Positions 40,104-51,031 are shown, numbered from the stretch's first letter. The stretch: DNA of 64,000 bases from Betaproteobacteria bacterium Ga0077527 (GCA_001464815.1 LNDW01000024.1:4712-68711), one strand, 5' to 3'. Notes: generated from the sequence alone by a model not told the origin. A program made the numbers and translations.

Positions 40104-40793
40104 TCAGCGCGCGGCAGCACGTGCGGCACGGTCGGCTTCGGCCAGGCGCTGCGGCGTGCCGATGTCCTGCCAGATCCCGCCGAACAGCTCGCCGCTGACC
40201 CGGCCCTCGTGCATCGCCGGGCGCAGCAGGTCGGCAAGCCGCGCCTTGGACCCGGCAGCAACCCCGGCAAACAGTGCCGGATGATAGGCACCGATGCCGC
40301 TGAAGGTATGGCGCTCGCCGCCATCGGCGAGCACACGATCGCGGTCAAGCGCAAAATCGCCACGCGGATGCTGCGGCGGATTGGGCACCAGTACCAGATG
40401 CGCCAGCCTGCCTGTGGCGCTGAGCCCTGTGGCGGCCTGTTTTACCGCCGAGAAATCGTAGTCACTGCAGACATCACCGTTGACCACCAGGAAAGGTTCA
40501 CTGCCGAGCAAGGGCAGGGCCTGCGTGATGCCGCCCGCGGTTTCCAGCGCTTCGGCTTCATGCGAATAACGGATGCGCACGCCCAGCGCGGCACCATCAC
40601 CCAGCGCGGCCTCGATCTGAGCGCCGAGGTGCGCCAGATTGATCACCAGATCCTTGATACCGGCTTCGCGCAGGGAATTAATTATCAATAAAATCAATGG
40701 CTTATCATTGATTTTCAGCAAGGGCTTGGGAGTATGGTCGGTCAGCGGCCGCATCCGTTCACCACGCCCCGCCGCAAGGATCATGGCCTTCAC
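40104..40793 (-). CDS. murU: Nucleotidyltransferase, MurU-like (N-acetylmuramate alpha-1-phosphate uridylyltransferase)
   Basis: (V)KAMILAAGRGERMRPLTDHTPKPLL. Start is GTG 40793 or ATG 40784. Paired with an AmgK-like kinase and divergent from lptD, as in Pseudomonas. Confidence 0.75.
   Translation of the reverse strand: MKAMILAAGRGERMRPLTDHTPKPLLKINDKPLILLIINSLREAGIKDLVINLAHLGAQIEAALGDGAALGVRIRYSHEAEALETAGGITQALPLLGSEPFLVVNGDVCSDYDFSAVKQAATGLSATGRLAHLVLVPNPPQHPRGDFALDRDRVLADGGERHTFSGIGAYHPALFAGVAAGSKARLADLLRPAMHEGRVSGELFGGIWQDIGTPQRLAEADRAARAAAR
40682..40715. repeat. AT-rich 18-mer TTATCAATAAAATCAATG (copy 2, inside murU) extended into a perfect inverted repeat AAAATCAATG-gcttat-CATTGATTTT
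   Basis: Read directly. IHF-consensus match AATCAATGGCTTA at 40692-40704. Confidence 0.8.
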
Positions 40794-40803
40794 CGGATGC
40801 GCC

Positions 40804-41823
40804 CTAGAAGGTGTAGCCGACCTGCGGCCGGCGCTGCTCAAGCTCGTCGAGCAGTTGCAGCAGCGGTGACAGCGCTGAATAACGCACCGCAACTTCGCGT
40901 ACATAGCGCAGGAAACGCGGCGCATCCTCGAGATAGGCCGGCTTGCCATCGCGATAACGAATACGCGCGAATATGCCGAGCACTTTCAGGTGGCGCTGCA
41001 GGCCCATCCATTCGAAGGCACGGTAGAACTCGCCAAAATCCGCATCCACCGGCAGACCTGCGCGTTTTGCCTGCTCCCAGTAGCGTGCCACCCAGTCGAT
41101 CACCCGTGGCTCCGGCCAGCTGATGAAGGCATCACGGAACAACGAAGCCAGATCATAGGTGATCGGGCCGTACACCGCGTCCTGGAAATCGAGCACGCCA
41201 GGATTGGGCGTGGAAAGCATCAGGTTGCGCGGCATGTAATCACGGTGCACATAGACCTGCGGCTGCGCCAGCGCGCTGTCGATCAGCAGATTGTTGACCC
41301 GCACCAGCACGGCACGCTGCGTGTCACTGAGCGTCGTCTCGAGATGACGCCCGGCATACCATTCAGGGAAAAGATCCAGTTCGCGCTGCAGCAGCGCGCG
41401 GTCATATGGCGGCAGCACGTCCGGACGGCTGGCACGCTGCCAGGTGATCAGCGCGGTGATTGCATCGCCGAACAGCGCATCGGCATTGTTCTCGTCGATC
41501 ACCTTCAGATAGGTGGCAGGGCCGAGGTCGGTGAGCAGCAGAAAGCCCTGCGCAGCGTCCGCGGCAAGCACCTCGGGCACATGCAGGCCGGCCTCATGCA
41601 TCAGCGCGGCAACACGGATGAAGGGACCGGTGTCCTCGCTCTGCGGCGGCGCGTCCATCACGATGCGCGGACCCGCAGCAAAAAAAACGCGGAAATAGCG
41701 GCGAAAACTCGCATCCGCCGAAGCCGGCTCCAGCGTCAGGTCTTCTTCAGGAAAACGCGCGGCCAGCCAGGCCTGCAGCGCCTCGCGTCGTCGATCATCG
41801 GTGGCGGTCGAAACGGGTTTCAA
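40804..41823 (-). CDS. amgK: Aminoglycoside-phosphotransferase-fold kinase, AmgK-like (anomeric MurNAc/GlcNAc kinase)
   Basis: APH-fold motifs (YVHRDYMPRNLM, LDFQDA). Synteny with murU and lptD. Confidence 0.7.
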   Translation of the reverse strand: MKPVSTATDDRRREALQAWLAARFPEEDLTLEPASADASFRRYFRVFFAAGPRIVMDAPPQSEDTGPFIRVAALMHEAGLHVPEVLAADAAQGFLLLTDLGPATYLKVIDENNADALFGDAITALITWQRASRPDVLPPYDRALLQRELDLFPEWYAGRHLETTLSDTQRAVLVRVNNLLIDSALAQPQVYVHRDYMPRNLMLSTPNPGVLDFQDAVYGPITYDLASLFRDAFISWPEPRVIDWVARYWEQAKRAGLPVDADFGEFYRAFEWMGLQRHLKVLGIFARIRYRDGKPAYLEDAPRFLRYVREVAVRYSALSPLLQLLDELEQRRPQVGYTF

Positions 41824-41978
41824 GCAGACATTTCAGGCATCATGCCCGGAGCGGGAAAATGGCGGGGATTCGGTGTATTTCACGCGTTGTTTATTGCGTT
41901 GCTTCACGCTGTGAATTGTGAGATTTTACCATCTCATCCGCAATCAACTCCCGCAGCTCCCCCCTGCTGTTCATCACC

Positions 41979-44267
41979 TTGCGACTCCGCCGAAAAACAA
42001 GAATCGCCCTCGCCGTGTTGTGCGCGTTGCCGGCACTGGCCATGGCCGATGACGGTATCAAGCTGCGCCCGCAGTCCTGGCTGCTGCCCGAACCGCTGAC
42101 GCCGGAGGAAGTCCCGCTGTTCATTGAAGCCGACCGCATGCAGGGGGTGCAGGACAAGGACTTCGAAGCCTTTGGCAATGTGCGCCTGCGCAAACGCGGG
42201 CAATCCTTTGCCGCAGACTGGATGCGCCATGATGTTGCCAGGGACATACTCGATGCCAAGGGCAATGTGCGCATTGAACAGGGGCGCGAGATCATTGAGG
42301 GTACGGTGCTGCGTTACGAGATCGCCACCGACCGCGGCTTCATGGAAAGCCCCCGCTACCAGTTGATCAGCACGCCGCCGCGGGGACCCGCCGGCAGCGG
42401 ACCGCTGCCGCCCTTCGACGCGCGCGGCACCGCGGAACGCATGCTGTTCCAGGGCCCCGGCCGCTACCGTGCGGAAACGGCCGAATACACCACATGCGCC
42501 CCGGGCAACAACGCCTGGTTCGTGCGCGCCAGGCAACTCGACCTCGACCGCGAGCGCGATATCGGCACCGCGCGCGACGCCAGCATCGTGTTTTTCGACA
42601 AGACCATCTTCTGGTCGCCCTATCTGTCTTTCTCGCTGCACGAAGAACGCAAATCGGGATTCCTGACGCCCAGCTACCGCAGCTCGAACACCACCGGCTT
42701 TGAGTTCACGGTGCCGTACTACCTGAACCTCGCGCCAGAAATGGACGCGACACTGTACCCGCGTTTCATGACCAAACGCGGCGTGCAACTGAGCGGCGAC
42801 TTCCGCTACCTGAATCGCACCGGACGCGGCGAAGCACGCGCTGAAATCCTGCCCAACGACCAGCAGATTTCCCGCGACCGCTGGGGGCTGTTCACCAAAC
42901 ACCAGCAGAACTTCGGCCGCTGGTCCACAGCAGCCAATGTCAACCGCGTGTCGGACGGCAATTACTTCACCGACCTCTCCTCGCTGATCGCGGTCACCTC
43001 GCAGAGTTTCCTGAATACAGACGGCACCATCGGCACCGGAGGCTTGTGGGGGGATAAAGGCACCTACGGCGTTTCAGCGTTTGCCCAGCGCTGGCAGACG
43101 CTGCAAAAAGACCCGCTGGCCCCGCTGACGCCGCCCTACAGCCGTCTGCCCCAGTTCAATCTGTCAGCACAGCGGCTGGGCGAGGGCAGGGGCGACTTCG
43201 ACTTCGCCGGCTCCTACACCGCGTTCGACCATCCAACACTGGTCAGTGGACAGCGCACGTTCATGCAGCCCGGTTATTCGATACCCCTGCAGACATCCTA
43301 TTCCTATGTGCTGCCGAAACTCTCCGCGCACCTGACCCGCTACTCCATCGGCAAGAACAACACCGCGGCGCTTGGTGATGCCACCAGGGCACTGCCCGTG
43401 TTCAGCACAGAGGCGGGTCTGATATTCGAAAGGGAAACGAGCTTCTCGGGCAATCGCGTTTTCCAGACCCTCGAACCGAAGGCTTTCTACGTTTACATCC
43501 CGTACAAGGACCAGTCCCGCCTGCCCAACTTCGAAAGCGGCCTGCAGGACATCAATTTCGCCACCATCTTCAGCGAAAACCAGTTCAGCGGCCAGGATCG
43601 CGTCAATGATGCGAACCAGATCACCCTGGGCGCGACCTCGCGTTTCATCAGCGCCGAATCGGGAATAGAGCGTTTCCGCGCCGCGCTCGCGCAGCGTTTT
43701 TATTTCGACGACCAGCGCGTGACCCTCCCTGGCGGCGTACCCCGCACGTCCAGCAACTCGGATCTTCTTGCCGCCGTCGGCGGCAGCCTGGCCAGGAACT
43801 GGGTGCTCGACGCGGGCTGGCAGTTCAACACCGATACCCGTCAAACCCAGCGCTTCAATGTGGGCAGCCGCTACCAACCCGAACCGGGACGGGTGATGAA
43901 TGCTTCGTTCCGCGAGACACGGGACAACGTCCGTCAGGTTGATCTTTCCACCCAGTGGCACATGAAATCAGGGTGGAATGCCCTGGGGCGCTGGAATTAT
44001 TCCTTCAGGGATAACCGCGCCATTGAGACGCTCGCCGGCATCGAATACAACGACCAGTGCTGGTCATTGCGGCTGGTGGCCCACCAGTTCGCGGTCACCA
44101 CAGCCTCGAAAAGTACCTCGATCTTCCTGCAACTGGAGCTCTACGGCGTCTCGCGCATCGGCACCAATCCACTGGAAGTGCTCAAGCGCAACATCGGCGG
44201 CTACCGTCAGTTCGATCCGCGCAACCCGGTGCCGGTCGAATACAATGTACCCGGTGTACTCTACTGA
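41979..44267 (+). CDS. lptD: LPS-assembly outer membrane protein LptD
   Basis: 762 aa with signal peptide, an N-terminal OstA-like region and a large beta-barrel. Followed by surA-pdxA-rsmA. Confidence 0.9.
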   Translation: MRLRRKTRIALAVLCALPALAMADDGIKLRPQSWLLPEPLTPEEVPLFIEADRMQGVQDKDFEAFGNVRLRKRGQSFAADWMRHDVARDILDAKGNVRIEQGREIIEGTVLRYEIATDRGFMESPRYQLISTPPRGPAGSGPLPPFDARGTAERMLFQGPGRYRAETAEYTTCAPGNNAWFVRARQLDLDRERDIGTARDASIVFFDKTIFWSPYLSFSLHEERKSGFLTPSYRSSNTTGFEFTVPYYLNLAPEMDATLYPRFMTKRGVQLSGDFRYLNRTGRGEARAEILPNDQQISRDRWGLFTKHQQNFGRWSTAANVNRVSDGNYFTDLSSLIAVTSQSFLNTDGTIGTGGLWGDKGTYGVSAFAQRWQTLQKDPLAPLTPPYSRLPQFNLSAQRLGEGRGDFDFAGSYTAFDHPTLVSGQRTFMQPGYSIPLQTSYSYVLPKLSAHLTRYSIGKNNTAALGDATRALPVFSTEAGLIFERETSFSGNRVFQTLEPKAFYVYIPYKDQSRLPNFESGLQDINFATIFSENQFSGQDRVNDANQITLGATSRFISAESGIERFRAALAQRFYFDDQRVTLPGGVPRTSSNSDLLAAVGGSLARNWVLDAGWQFNTDTRQTQRFNVGSRYQPEPGRVMNASFRETRDNVRQVDLSTQWHMKSGWNALGRWNYSFRDNRAIETLAGIEYNDQCWSLRLVAHQFAVTTASKSTSIFLQLELYGVSRIGTNPLEVLKRNIGGYRQFDPRNPVPVEYNVPGVLY

Positions 44268-44328
44268 GCCCTGATCAGGCTTTGGCTCGGCTGGACACCC
44301 CAGCGCACTTTTTTGATCCGGATCAACG

Positions 44329-45636
44329 ATGCGACCCTTTTTCATTCCTGTAATCGCCCTGCTTGCACTGCTGCCCGCCGGCCAGGCTGCAGCACAGGCC
44401 CCGAAACCGCGGCAGATAGTCACCATCGACCGTATCGTCGCCGTGGTCAACAACGAAGTCATCACCGAACGCGAACTCGCGGCCCGCGTCGATTTCGCGC
44501 TGCGCCAACTGCGCGAGCAGAAGGCGCCGGCACCGTCGCGCGACGCCCTTGAGCGTCAGGTGCTTGAGCGGCTGATCAACGATCGCGTACAAATGCAGCA
44601 CGCACGTGAACTCGGCATGCGGGTGAGTGATGTCGAGCTTGACCGCGCGCTGGAGCGCATCGCCGAGCAGAACAAGCTCACGCTGCCGCAACTGCGCGAG
44701 GTGCTGGCCCGCGACAATGTGCCTTTCGACAAATTCCGCGAGGATATCCGCGGTGAAATCACCCTTTCGCGGCTGCGTGAACGTGAAGTCGCGCAGAAAA
44801 TCGTGGTCACCGATTCGGAAATCGACACCCTGATCAAGGCCCAGCAGGGCGGATCGTCACGCGACGAATTCAACCTGTCGCACATCCTTGTTTCGGTGCC
44901 GGAAAACGCGTCCCCGGAGCAGCTGCAGGCGCGGCGCGACCGTGCCGAGCAGGCGCTGCGGCAGATCCGCGAGGGCGCCGATTTCCGCCAGGTGGCGGCT
45001 GCATTCTCCGACGCCCCCGAAGCCCTGCAGGGCGGACAGCTCGGCTGGCGCGAGGCGGAGCGGCTGCCGACGCTGTTCCTGGACGCGGTGCGGCCGATGC
45101 AGCCCGGCCAGGTCAGCGAACCGCTGCGCAGCGCCAACGGCTTTCACATCCTGCGCGTCAACGAACGCCGCGGCGGCGCCCAGAAAATGCTGGTGCAGCA
45201 GACCCGCGCCCGGCACATCCTGATCAAGACCAACGAACTGGTCTCCGAGGCCGAGGCACGCAACCGCCTGCTTGCACTGAAGGAACGTCTCGACAACAAG
45301 GCCGACTTTGCCGAGCTGGCGCGCGCCCGTTCCGAGGACACCAGCGCATCACGCGGCGGTGACCTCGGTTGGCTCTCACCCGGCGACACGGTGCCGGAAT
45401 TCGAACAGCCGATGAACGCGCTTAAACTCAATGAAATCAGCGGGCCGGTGCGCAGTCCCTTCGGCTGGCACCTGATCCAGGTACTGGAGCGGCGCACCGA
45501 AGACATGACCCAGGAAGGCCAGCGCATGAACGCGCGCCAGGCGCTGCGTGAACGCAAGACCGACGACGCCTACCAGGAATGGGTGCGCCAGCTTCGTGAT
45601 CGCGCCTATGTCGAACAGCGGCTCGACCGCGGCTGA
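44329..45636 (+). CDS. surA: Periplasmic chaperone / peptidyl-prolyl isomerase SurA
   Basis: Signal peptide plus two parvulin domains (GGDLGW... FGWHLIQV). Confidence 0.9.
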   Translation: MRPFFIPVIALLALLPAGQAAAQAPKPRQIVTIDRIVAVVNNEVITERELAARVDFALRQLREQKAPAPSRDALERQVLERLINDRVQMQHARELGMRVSDVELDRALERIAEQNKLTLPQLREVLARDNVPFDKFREDIRGEITLSRLREREVAQKIVVTDSEIDTLIKAQQGGSSRDEFNLSHILVSVPENASPEQLQARRDRAEQALRQIREGADFRQVAAAFSDAPEALQGGQLGWREAERLPTLFLDAVRPMQPGQVSEPLRSANGFHILRVNERRGGAQKMLVQQTRARHILIKTNELVSEAEARNRLLALKERLDNKADFAELARARSEDTSASRGGDLGWLSPGDTVPEFEQPMNALKLNEISGPVRSPFGWHLIQVLERRTEDMTQEGQRMNARQALRERKTDDAYQEWVRQLRDRAYVEQRLDRG

Positions 45637-45651
45637 ACAACGCCGCCCGCC

Positions 45652-46635
45652 ATGGCGATGGCCGAACCACCGCTGATCGCGGTCACGCCCGGCGAACCCG
45701 CCGGCATCGGCCCCGATCTTTGCACAATGATCGCCGCCCGCCCCTTGCCGGCACGGGTGGTGTTCATCGCCGACCGCCAGCTGCTCGAATCACGCGCGGC
45801 ACAGCTTGGCCTGCCTTTCACCGCCGCTGATTTTGACGCGCAAAAGCCGCATCCGGTTTCGATTCTCGATGTGCCGCTGGCGGCTCCGGCACGGGCCGGC
45901 ATCCTCAACGCCGCCAACAGCCCTTATGTGCTGCGCACGCTGGAAATCGCCAGCGATGGCTGTGCCGACGGCCGCTTTGACGCACTGGCCACGGCGCCGG
46001 TGCACAAGGGCGTGATCAACGATGCCGGCATCGGCTTCACCGGACACACCGAATTTCTCGCCGAACGGCTGCGCGCGCCAAAGGTGGTGATGATGCTTGC
46101 CGGCGGCGGCCTGCGCGTGGCGCTCGTCACCACCCATCTGCCGCTGCAGGCGGTCGCCGCGGCGATCACCGCCGACGGGCTTGAAAGTGTGCTGCGCGTA
46201 CTGCTGGCCGACCTGAAAAACCGTTTTGCCATCCCGCGGCCCCATGTCATCGTCGCCGGCCTGAACCCGCATGCCGGTGAATCGGGCCACCTCGGCCGCG
46301 AGGAGATCGACGTCATCATCCCGGTGCTGGAGCGCCTGCGAGGTGAAGGCCATGTGCTGACCGGCCCGCTGCCTGCAGACACGCTGTTCCAGCCGGAAAG
46401 GCTGCGCGGCTGCGACTGCGTGCTCGCGATGTATCACGACCAGGGACTGCCGGTACTGAAGTACGCCAGCTTCGGCGAAGGCATCAACATCACCCTCGGG
46501 CTGCCGATCATCCGCACCTCGGTCGATCATGGCACCGCGCTCGACCTTGCCGGCGGCGGCAAGGCACGGCCGGACAGCCTGCTCGCGGCCATCGACCTCG
46601 CCGCCAACCTCGCGCGGCGCAGCCGCCGGACCTGA
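45652..46635 (+). CDS. pdxA: 4-hydroxythreonine-4-phosphate dehydrogenase
   Basis: [38 protein letters not shown] motifs. Confidence 0.92.
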   Translation: MAMAEPPLIAVTPGEPAGIGPDLCTMIAARPLPARVVFIADRQLLESRAAQLGLPFTAADFDAQKPHPVSILDVPLAAPARAGILNAANSPYVLRTLEIASDGCADGRFDALATAPVHKGVINDAGIGFTGHTEFLAERLRAPKVVMMLAGGGLRVALVTTHLPLQAVAAAITADGLESVLRVLLADLKNRFAIPRPHVIVAGLNPHAGESGHLGREEIDVIIPVLERLRGEGHVLTGPLPADTLFQPERLRGCDCVLAMYHDQGLPVLKYASFGEGINITLGLPIIRTSVDHGTALDLAGGGKARPDSLLAAIDLAANLARRSRRT

Positions 46636-47423
46636 TGTCCGTCCACGGCAGTGGCCACATCGCGCGCAAGCGCTTCGGCCAGAATTTCCTGATCGACGAC
46701 GGGGTAATTGACGGCATCATCGCCGCGGTCTCGCCGCAGCGCGGTGATTACGTGATCGAGATCGGCCCCGGCCTCGGCGCGCTGACCGTGCCTCTGCTCG
46801 GGCGCCTTGACCACCTGCACGTGGTTGAAATCGACCGCGACCTGATCGCCAGGCTTCGCAAACAATGGCCTGCAGAGCGGCTGACCGTCCATCAGGGTGA
46901 TGTGCTGGCTTTCGATTTTTCCGCGGTCGGCCAGGGGCTGCGCATCGTCGGCAACCTGCCCTACAACATCTCCACTCCGCTGCTGTTCCACCTCGCGGGC
47001 CATGCATCACTGGTCCGCGACATCCACGTGATGCTGCAAAAGGAAGTGGTCGAGCGCATGGTCGCGGCGCCCGGTGACTCCGAATTCAGCCGCCTTTCAG
47101 TGATGCTGCAGTATCGCTTCGACATGGAAATGCTGATCGAGGTGCCGCCGGAATCCTTCGACCCCGCCCCCAGGGTCGACTCTGCCGTGGTCAGGCTGAC
47201 CCCGCATGCCGTGCTCCCCCATCCCGCACGCAACGAGGCGATGTTCGCGGAGGTGGTGAGCCGCGCTTTCGCTCAGCGCCGCAAGACGCTGCGCAACACG
47301 CTGAAGGGACTGGTGGATGATGCACTGCTCGCAGGCCTGGGCATCGATTCCGGAGCACGCGCGCAGGCGCTGGAGGTGGCGGACTTCGTACGCATTGCGG
47401 ATGCCCTTGCAGCAACCGCCTGA
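46635..47423 (+). CDS. rsmA: 16S rRNA (adenine1518/1519-N6)-dimethyltransferase
   Basis: [30 protein letters not shown]. 1-nt overlap with the pdxA stop. Confidence 0.92.
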   Translation: MSVHGSGHIARKRFGQNFLIDDGVIDGIIAAVSPQRGDYVIEIGPGLGALTVPLLGRLDHLHVVEIDRDLIARLRKQWPAERLTVHQGDVLAFDFSAVGQGLRIVGNLPYNISTPLLFHLAGHASLVRDIHVMLQKEVVERMVAAPGDSEFSRLSVMLQYRFDMEMLIEVPPESFDPAPRVDSAVVRLTPHAVLPHPARNEAMFAEVVSRAFAQRRKTLRNTLKGLVDDALLAGLGIDSGARAQALEVADFVRIADALAATA

Positions 47424-47429
47424 ACGACT

Positions 47430-47825
47430 TCAGCCTGCAGCAGGCATGCGCTGCACGAACTCGATCTTGTACCCGTCGGGATCCTCGACGAAAGCAATCA
47501 CCGTGGTGCCGTGTTTCATCGGCCCCGGCTCGCGGGTGACCTTGCCGCCGCGCTTTTTGACTTCATCGCAGGTCTTGCAGGCGTCTTCGACCTCGATCGC
47601 GACATGGCCGAAACCGCTGCCCATGTCATACGAGGTGGTATCCCAGTTGTGGGTCAGCTCGAGCACCGCGGCACGCGACTCGTCGTCGTAGCCGACAAAG
47701 GCATTGGTAAAGCGGCCACCGGGATAATCCCTCCTGCGCAGCAGGCGCATACCCAGCACCTGGGTGTAGAAATCGATCGACCGTTGCAGGTCACCAACGC
47801 GGATCATGGTATGCAGCAGGCGCAT
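47430..47825 (-). CDS. gloA: Lactoylglutathione lyase (glyoxalase I)
   Basis: MRLLHTMIRVGDLQRSIDFY...GFGHVA...DPDGYKIEF. Confidence 0.88.
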   Translation of the reverse strand: MRLLHTMIRVGDLQRSIDFYTQVLGMRLLRRRDYPGGRFTNAFVGYDDESRAAVLELTHNWDTTSYDMGSGFGHVAIEVEDACKTCDEVKKRGGKVTREPGPMKHGTTVIAFVEDPDGYKIEFVQRMPAAG

Positions 47826-47838
47826 CTGCGACCTCTTT

Positions 47839-48024
47839 TCAGATTTCAACCATCTCGAAATCTTCCTTGCGCGCGCCGCACTCCGGACAGGTCCAGTTCA
47901 TTGGCACGTCCTCCCAGCGGGTGCCCGGTGCGATGCCTTCTTCGGGCACGCCGGCGGCTTCGTCATAGATGTAGCCGCAGATCAGGCACATGTATTTTTT
48001 GAAGGGGGAATTCTCGGTGGTCAT
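47839..48024 (-). CDS. Rubredoxin
   Basis: 61 aa with CLICGYIY...WTCPECG (two CxxCG knuckles). Start at ATG 48024. Confidence 0.88.
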   Translation of the reverse strand: MTTENSPFKKYMCLICGYIYDEAAGVPEEGIAPGTRWEDVPMNWTCPECGARKEDFEMVEI

Positions 48025-48132
48025 CAGCGTCTTCTGGCGTGGTGGGCTACAATTCGCAGGCTGCATTCCACCATGGCAGACAGCGTGCGTCATGCACTCC
48101 AATTTTAGCCGATCCCTCCGCGCCCGTATTCA

Positions 48133-48990
48133 TTGATGACCGATTCACCACCCATCGTGATGGTTTTCGCCGCCACCGACCCCACCGGGGGCGCAGGCCT
48201 TCAAGCCGATATCATGACGTTGTCCAGCATGGGCTGCCATCCGGTCTCCGTGGTCACCGCGATCACCGTCCAGGACACCATGGGTGTGGATGGCGTGTTG
48301 CCGATCGACGGCGAATGGGTCGCCGATCAGGCGCGCGCCATCCTTGAAGACATGCCGGTGGCTGCATTCAAGATCGGCGTGCTCGGCAGCCTTGAAGCCG
48401 TGGCGGCAGTGGCCGAAGTGGTGTCCGACTATCCCGAGATTCCGCTGATCCTCGATCCGGTGCTGGCCTCCGGCCGGGGTGATGAGCTGGCGTCCGACGA
48501 GATGCTCAACGCCATCCGCGAATTGCTGATCCCGCAGACCACGGTGGTCACGCCCAACAGCCTTGAAGCCAGGCGTCTCGCCGATGACGGTGAAGACGAC
48601 AGCGCCGATCCGGATCTGGCCGAATGCGCCAAACGCATCCTCGCCTTGGGCTGTGAATACGTATTGATTACCGGCACCCACGAAAACACCGGGGAAGTGG
48701 TGAACACGCTGTACAACAGTGATGGCGCACTGCGCAGCGACAGCTGGCCGCGGCTGCCCGGCAGTTATCACGGCTCGGGCTGTACCCTGGCATCGGCGCT
48801 GGCCGCGACCATCGCCAACGACGTCGAAATGCAGGAAGCCGTGCGCGACGCCCAGGAATACACCTGGCAGACCCTGAAACTGGCCTTCCGGCCCGGCATG
48901 GGCCAGCACATCCCCGACCGCCTGTTTTGGGCGCGGGAAGAGGACGCCGCCCCCGAAGCGGATGGTGACGGCGGCGACAAAATAACTTGA
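48133..48990 (+). CDS. thiD: Hydroxymethylpyrimidine/phosphomethylpyrimidine kinase
   Basis: TDPTGGAGLQADI, KIGVLGS, GSGCTLASA motifs. Confidence 0.88.
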   Translation: MMTDSPPIVMVFAATDPTGGAGLQADIMTLSSMGCHPVSVVTAITVQDTMGVDGVLPIDGEWVADQARAILEDMPVAAFKIGVLGSLEAVAAVAEVVSDYPEIPLILDPVLASGRGDELASDEMLNAIRELLIPQTTVVTPNSLEARRLADDGEDDSADPDLAECAKRILALGCEYVLITGTHENTGEVVNTLYNSDGALRSDSWPRLPGSYHGSGCTLASALAATIANDVEMQEAVRDAQEYTWQTLKLAFRPGMGQHIPDRLFWAREEDAAPEADGDGGDKIT

Positions 48991-49643
48991 ACGTCAGCAG
49001 TTTGAACAGCAGCAGCGTGAACACCAGAATCGCCGGCTTGTATGCGATCACACCGGATCTCGATGACACCGATGATCTCTGCTATCGCGTGCGCGCCGTA
49101 CTGGCGGGCGGTGCCCGTGTGCTGCAGTACCGCAACAAGACCGCAGGCCCGGCACTGCGGCTGCAGCAGGCGCAGGCCCTGCAGACCCTGTGCGCCGCGC
49201 GCGGCGTGCCGCTGATTCTCAACGATCACCTGGACCTCGCGCTGCAGACCGGTGCCGCCGGCCTGCACCTCGGCGGCGACGACGGTGACATCGCCGCCGC
49301 CCGCGCCGCGCTGGGGCCGGATCGCCTGCTCGGCGCTTCCTGCTACGACCGGCTCGAATTGGCTGAACGTGCACTCGCAGCCGGCGCCGACCATGTCGCC
49401 TTTGGCAGTTTTTTTGCATCCGGCATCAAGCCCGATGCGGTGCGCCCGTCATTGGAACTGCTGGCCGAAGCGCGGCGCCGTTTTTCCATGCCGCTGGTGG
49501 CCATCGGCGGCATCACCGCGGCCAATGCGCCGCAGCTGATCAGCGCCGGCGCCGATGCGGTCGCGGTCATTTCCGCAATATTCGCAGCGGCCGATATCGA
49601 AGCCGCGGCGCGCGAAGTCCAATCCCTGTTTGAATTGCACTGA
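48987..49643 (+). CDS. thiE: Thiamine-phosphate synthase
   Basis: [27 protein letters not shown] motifs. The track start is a TTG overlapping the thiD stop. An alternative GTG lies at about 49018. Confidence 0.85.
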   Translation: MNVSSLNSSSVNTRIAGLYAITPDLDDTDDLCYRVRAVLAGGARVLQYRNKTAGPALRLQQAQALQTLCAARGVPLILNDHLDLALQTGAAGLHLGGDDGDIAAARAALGPDRLLGASCYDRLELAERALAAGADHVAFGSFFASGIKPDAVRPSLELLAEARRRFSMPLVAIGGITAANAPQLISAGADAVAVISAIFAAADIEAAAREVQSLFELH

Positions 49644-49654
49644 ATATCTGTGAA

Positions 49655-50938
49655 ATGCGCATGAAAAAAAACCAGAAGCTGTTCAACCATGCCCAGCTCG
49701 CCATCCCGGGCGGTGTCAATTCCCCGGTGCGCGCCTTCCGTTCCGTCGGCGGCACCCCGCTGTTTTTCCAGCGCGGCAAGGGCCCCCTGGTCTGGGATGC
49801 CGACGGCAACAGCTATATCGACTATGTCGGTTCCTGGGGGCCGCTGATCTGCGGCCACGCCCACCCCGATGTGGTACGCGCCGTGCAACAGACCGCGGAG
49901 CGCGGACTGTCCTTCGGTGCGCCGACCGAGCTGGAAGTGGAAATGGCCGAATTGCTGCGGGAGCTGGTGCCGTCACTGGAGCAGGTGCGTCTGGTCAGCT
50001 CCGGCACCGAGGCGACGATGAGCGCGATCCGTCTTGCCCGCGGCTACACCGGCCGCAGCAAGATCATCAAGTTTGAAGGCTGTTACCACGGCCATGCCGA
50101 CGCGTTGCTGGTCAAGGCCGGCTCGGGTGCGCTGACCTTCGGCCAGCCGTCCTCGGCTGGCGTGCCTGCGGAAACCGCGGCGCACACCCTGGTGCTCGAT
50201 TACAACAACGCGGCACAGCTGCAGCAAACCTTCACCCGCGAAGGCAGTGAAATTGCTGCAGTAATTGTTGAACCGGTAGTCGGCAACATGAACCTGGTGG
50301 CGCCGGTGCCGGGCTTCCTCGAAACCCTGCGCGAGCTGTGCACGCAGCATGGCGCCGTGCTGATTTTTGACGAGGTGATGACCGGTTTCCGTGTTGCGCT
50401 GGGCGGCGCGCAGGCGCTTTATGGCATCAAGCCCGACCTGACGACGCTGGGCAAGGTCATTGGCGGGGGCATGCCGGTCGGCGCCTTCGGTGGCCGCCGC
50501 GACATCATGCAATGTATCGCCCCGCTCGGCCCGGTGTACCAGGCCGGCACGCTGTCCGGCAATCCGGTGGCAGTGGCGGCCGGACTGGCGACACTGAAAC
50601 TGATCCAGGCGCCGGGTTTCCACGACCGCCTCGCGGCCACCACACACCAGTTGTGCAGCGGCCTGACCGCAGCAGCCCAGGCCCGCAACATCCCGTTCTC
50701 GGCACGCCACGTCGGCGGCATGTTCGGCCTGTTTTTCCGCGCCACACCACCGGCCAGTTACGCCGAAGTCATGGAATGCGACAAGGAGACCTTCAACCGC
50801 TTTTTTCACGCCATGCTCGCCGAAGGGGTCTATCTGGCGCCTTCAGCCTATGAAGCAGGCTTCGTGTCGGCGGCCCACGGTACGGCTGAAATCGAGCGCA
50901 CGATCAAGGCCGCAACATCAGTCTTTGCTGCACTTTGA
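49655..50938 (+). CDS. hemL: Glutamate-1-semialdehyde 2,1-aminomutase
   Basis: [27 protein letters not shown] motifs. The start could equally be ATG 49661. Confidence 0.93.
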   Translation: MRMKKNQKLFNHAQLAIPGGVNSPVRAFRSVGGTPLFFQRGKGPLVWDADGNSYIDYVGSWGPLICGHAHPDVVRAVQQTAERGLSFGAPTELEVEMAELLRELVPSLEQVRLVSSGTEATMSAIRLARGYTGRSKIIKFEGCYHGHADALLVKAGSGALTFGQPSSAGVPAETAAHTLVLDYNNAAQLQQTFTREGSEIAAVIVEPVVGNMNLVAPVPGFLETLRELCTQHGAVLIFDEVMTGFRVALGGAQALYGIKPDLTTLGKVIGGGMPVGAFGGRRDIMQCIAPLGPVYQAGTLSGNPVAVAAGLATLKLIQAPGFHDRLAATTHQLCSGLTAAAQARNIPFSARHVGGMFGLFFRATPPASYAEVMECDKETFNRFFHAMLAEGVYLAPSAYEAGFVSAAHGTAEIERTIKAATSVFAAL

Positions 50939-50960
50939 GTTGCAGTAAAATAAAATAATT

Positions 50961-50978
50961 AATAAAATCAATTACTTA
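50961..50978. promoter_or_regulatory. AATAAAATCAAT core (third copy) with IHF-consensus match AATCAATTACTTA, in the hemL-rluF-like intergenic region
   Basis: 12-nt core shared with the purD/murU 18-mers. WATCAANNNNTTR satisfied at 50966-50978. Confidence 0.55.
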
Positions 50979-51031
50979 TAAATTGCATCCATGCTGCAGC
51001 AATCAAGCTGTTGCAGCATGAACAACCAGAC

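Noticed and set aside
48025-48132. TPP riboswitch upstream of thiD-thiE.
   Set aside because: I could not find the conserved CUGAGA / ACCUGAUCUGGAUAAUGCCAGCG-type elements. The 108-nt spacer is shared with the divergent rubredoxin promoter.
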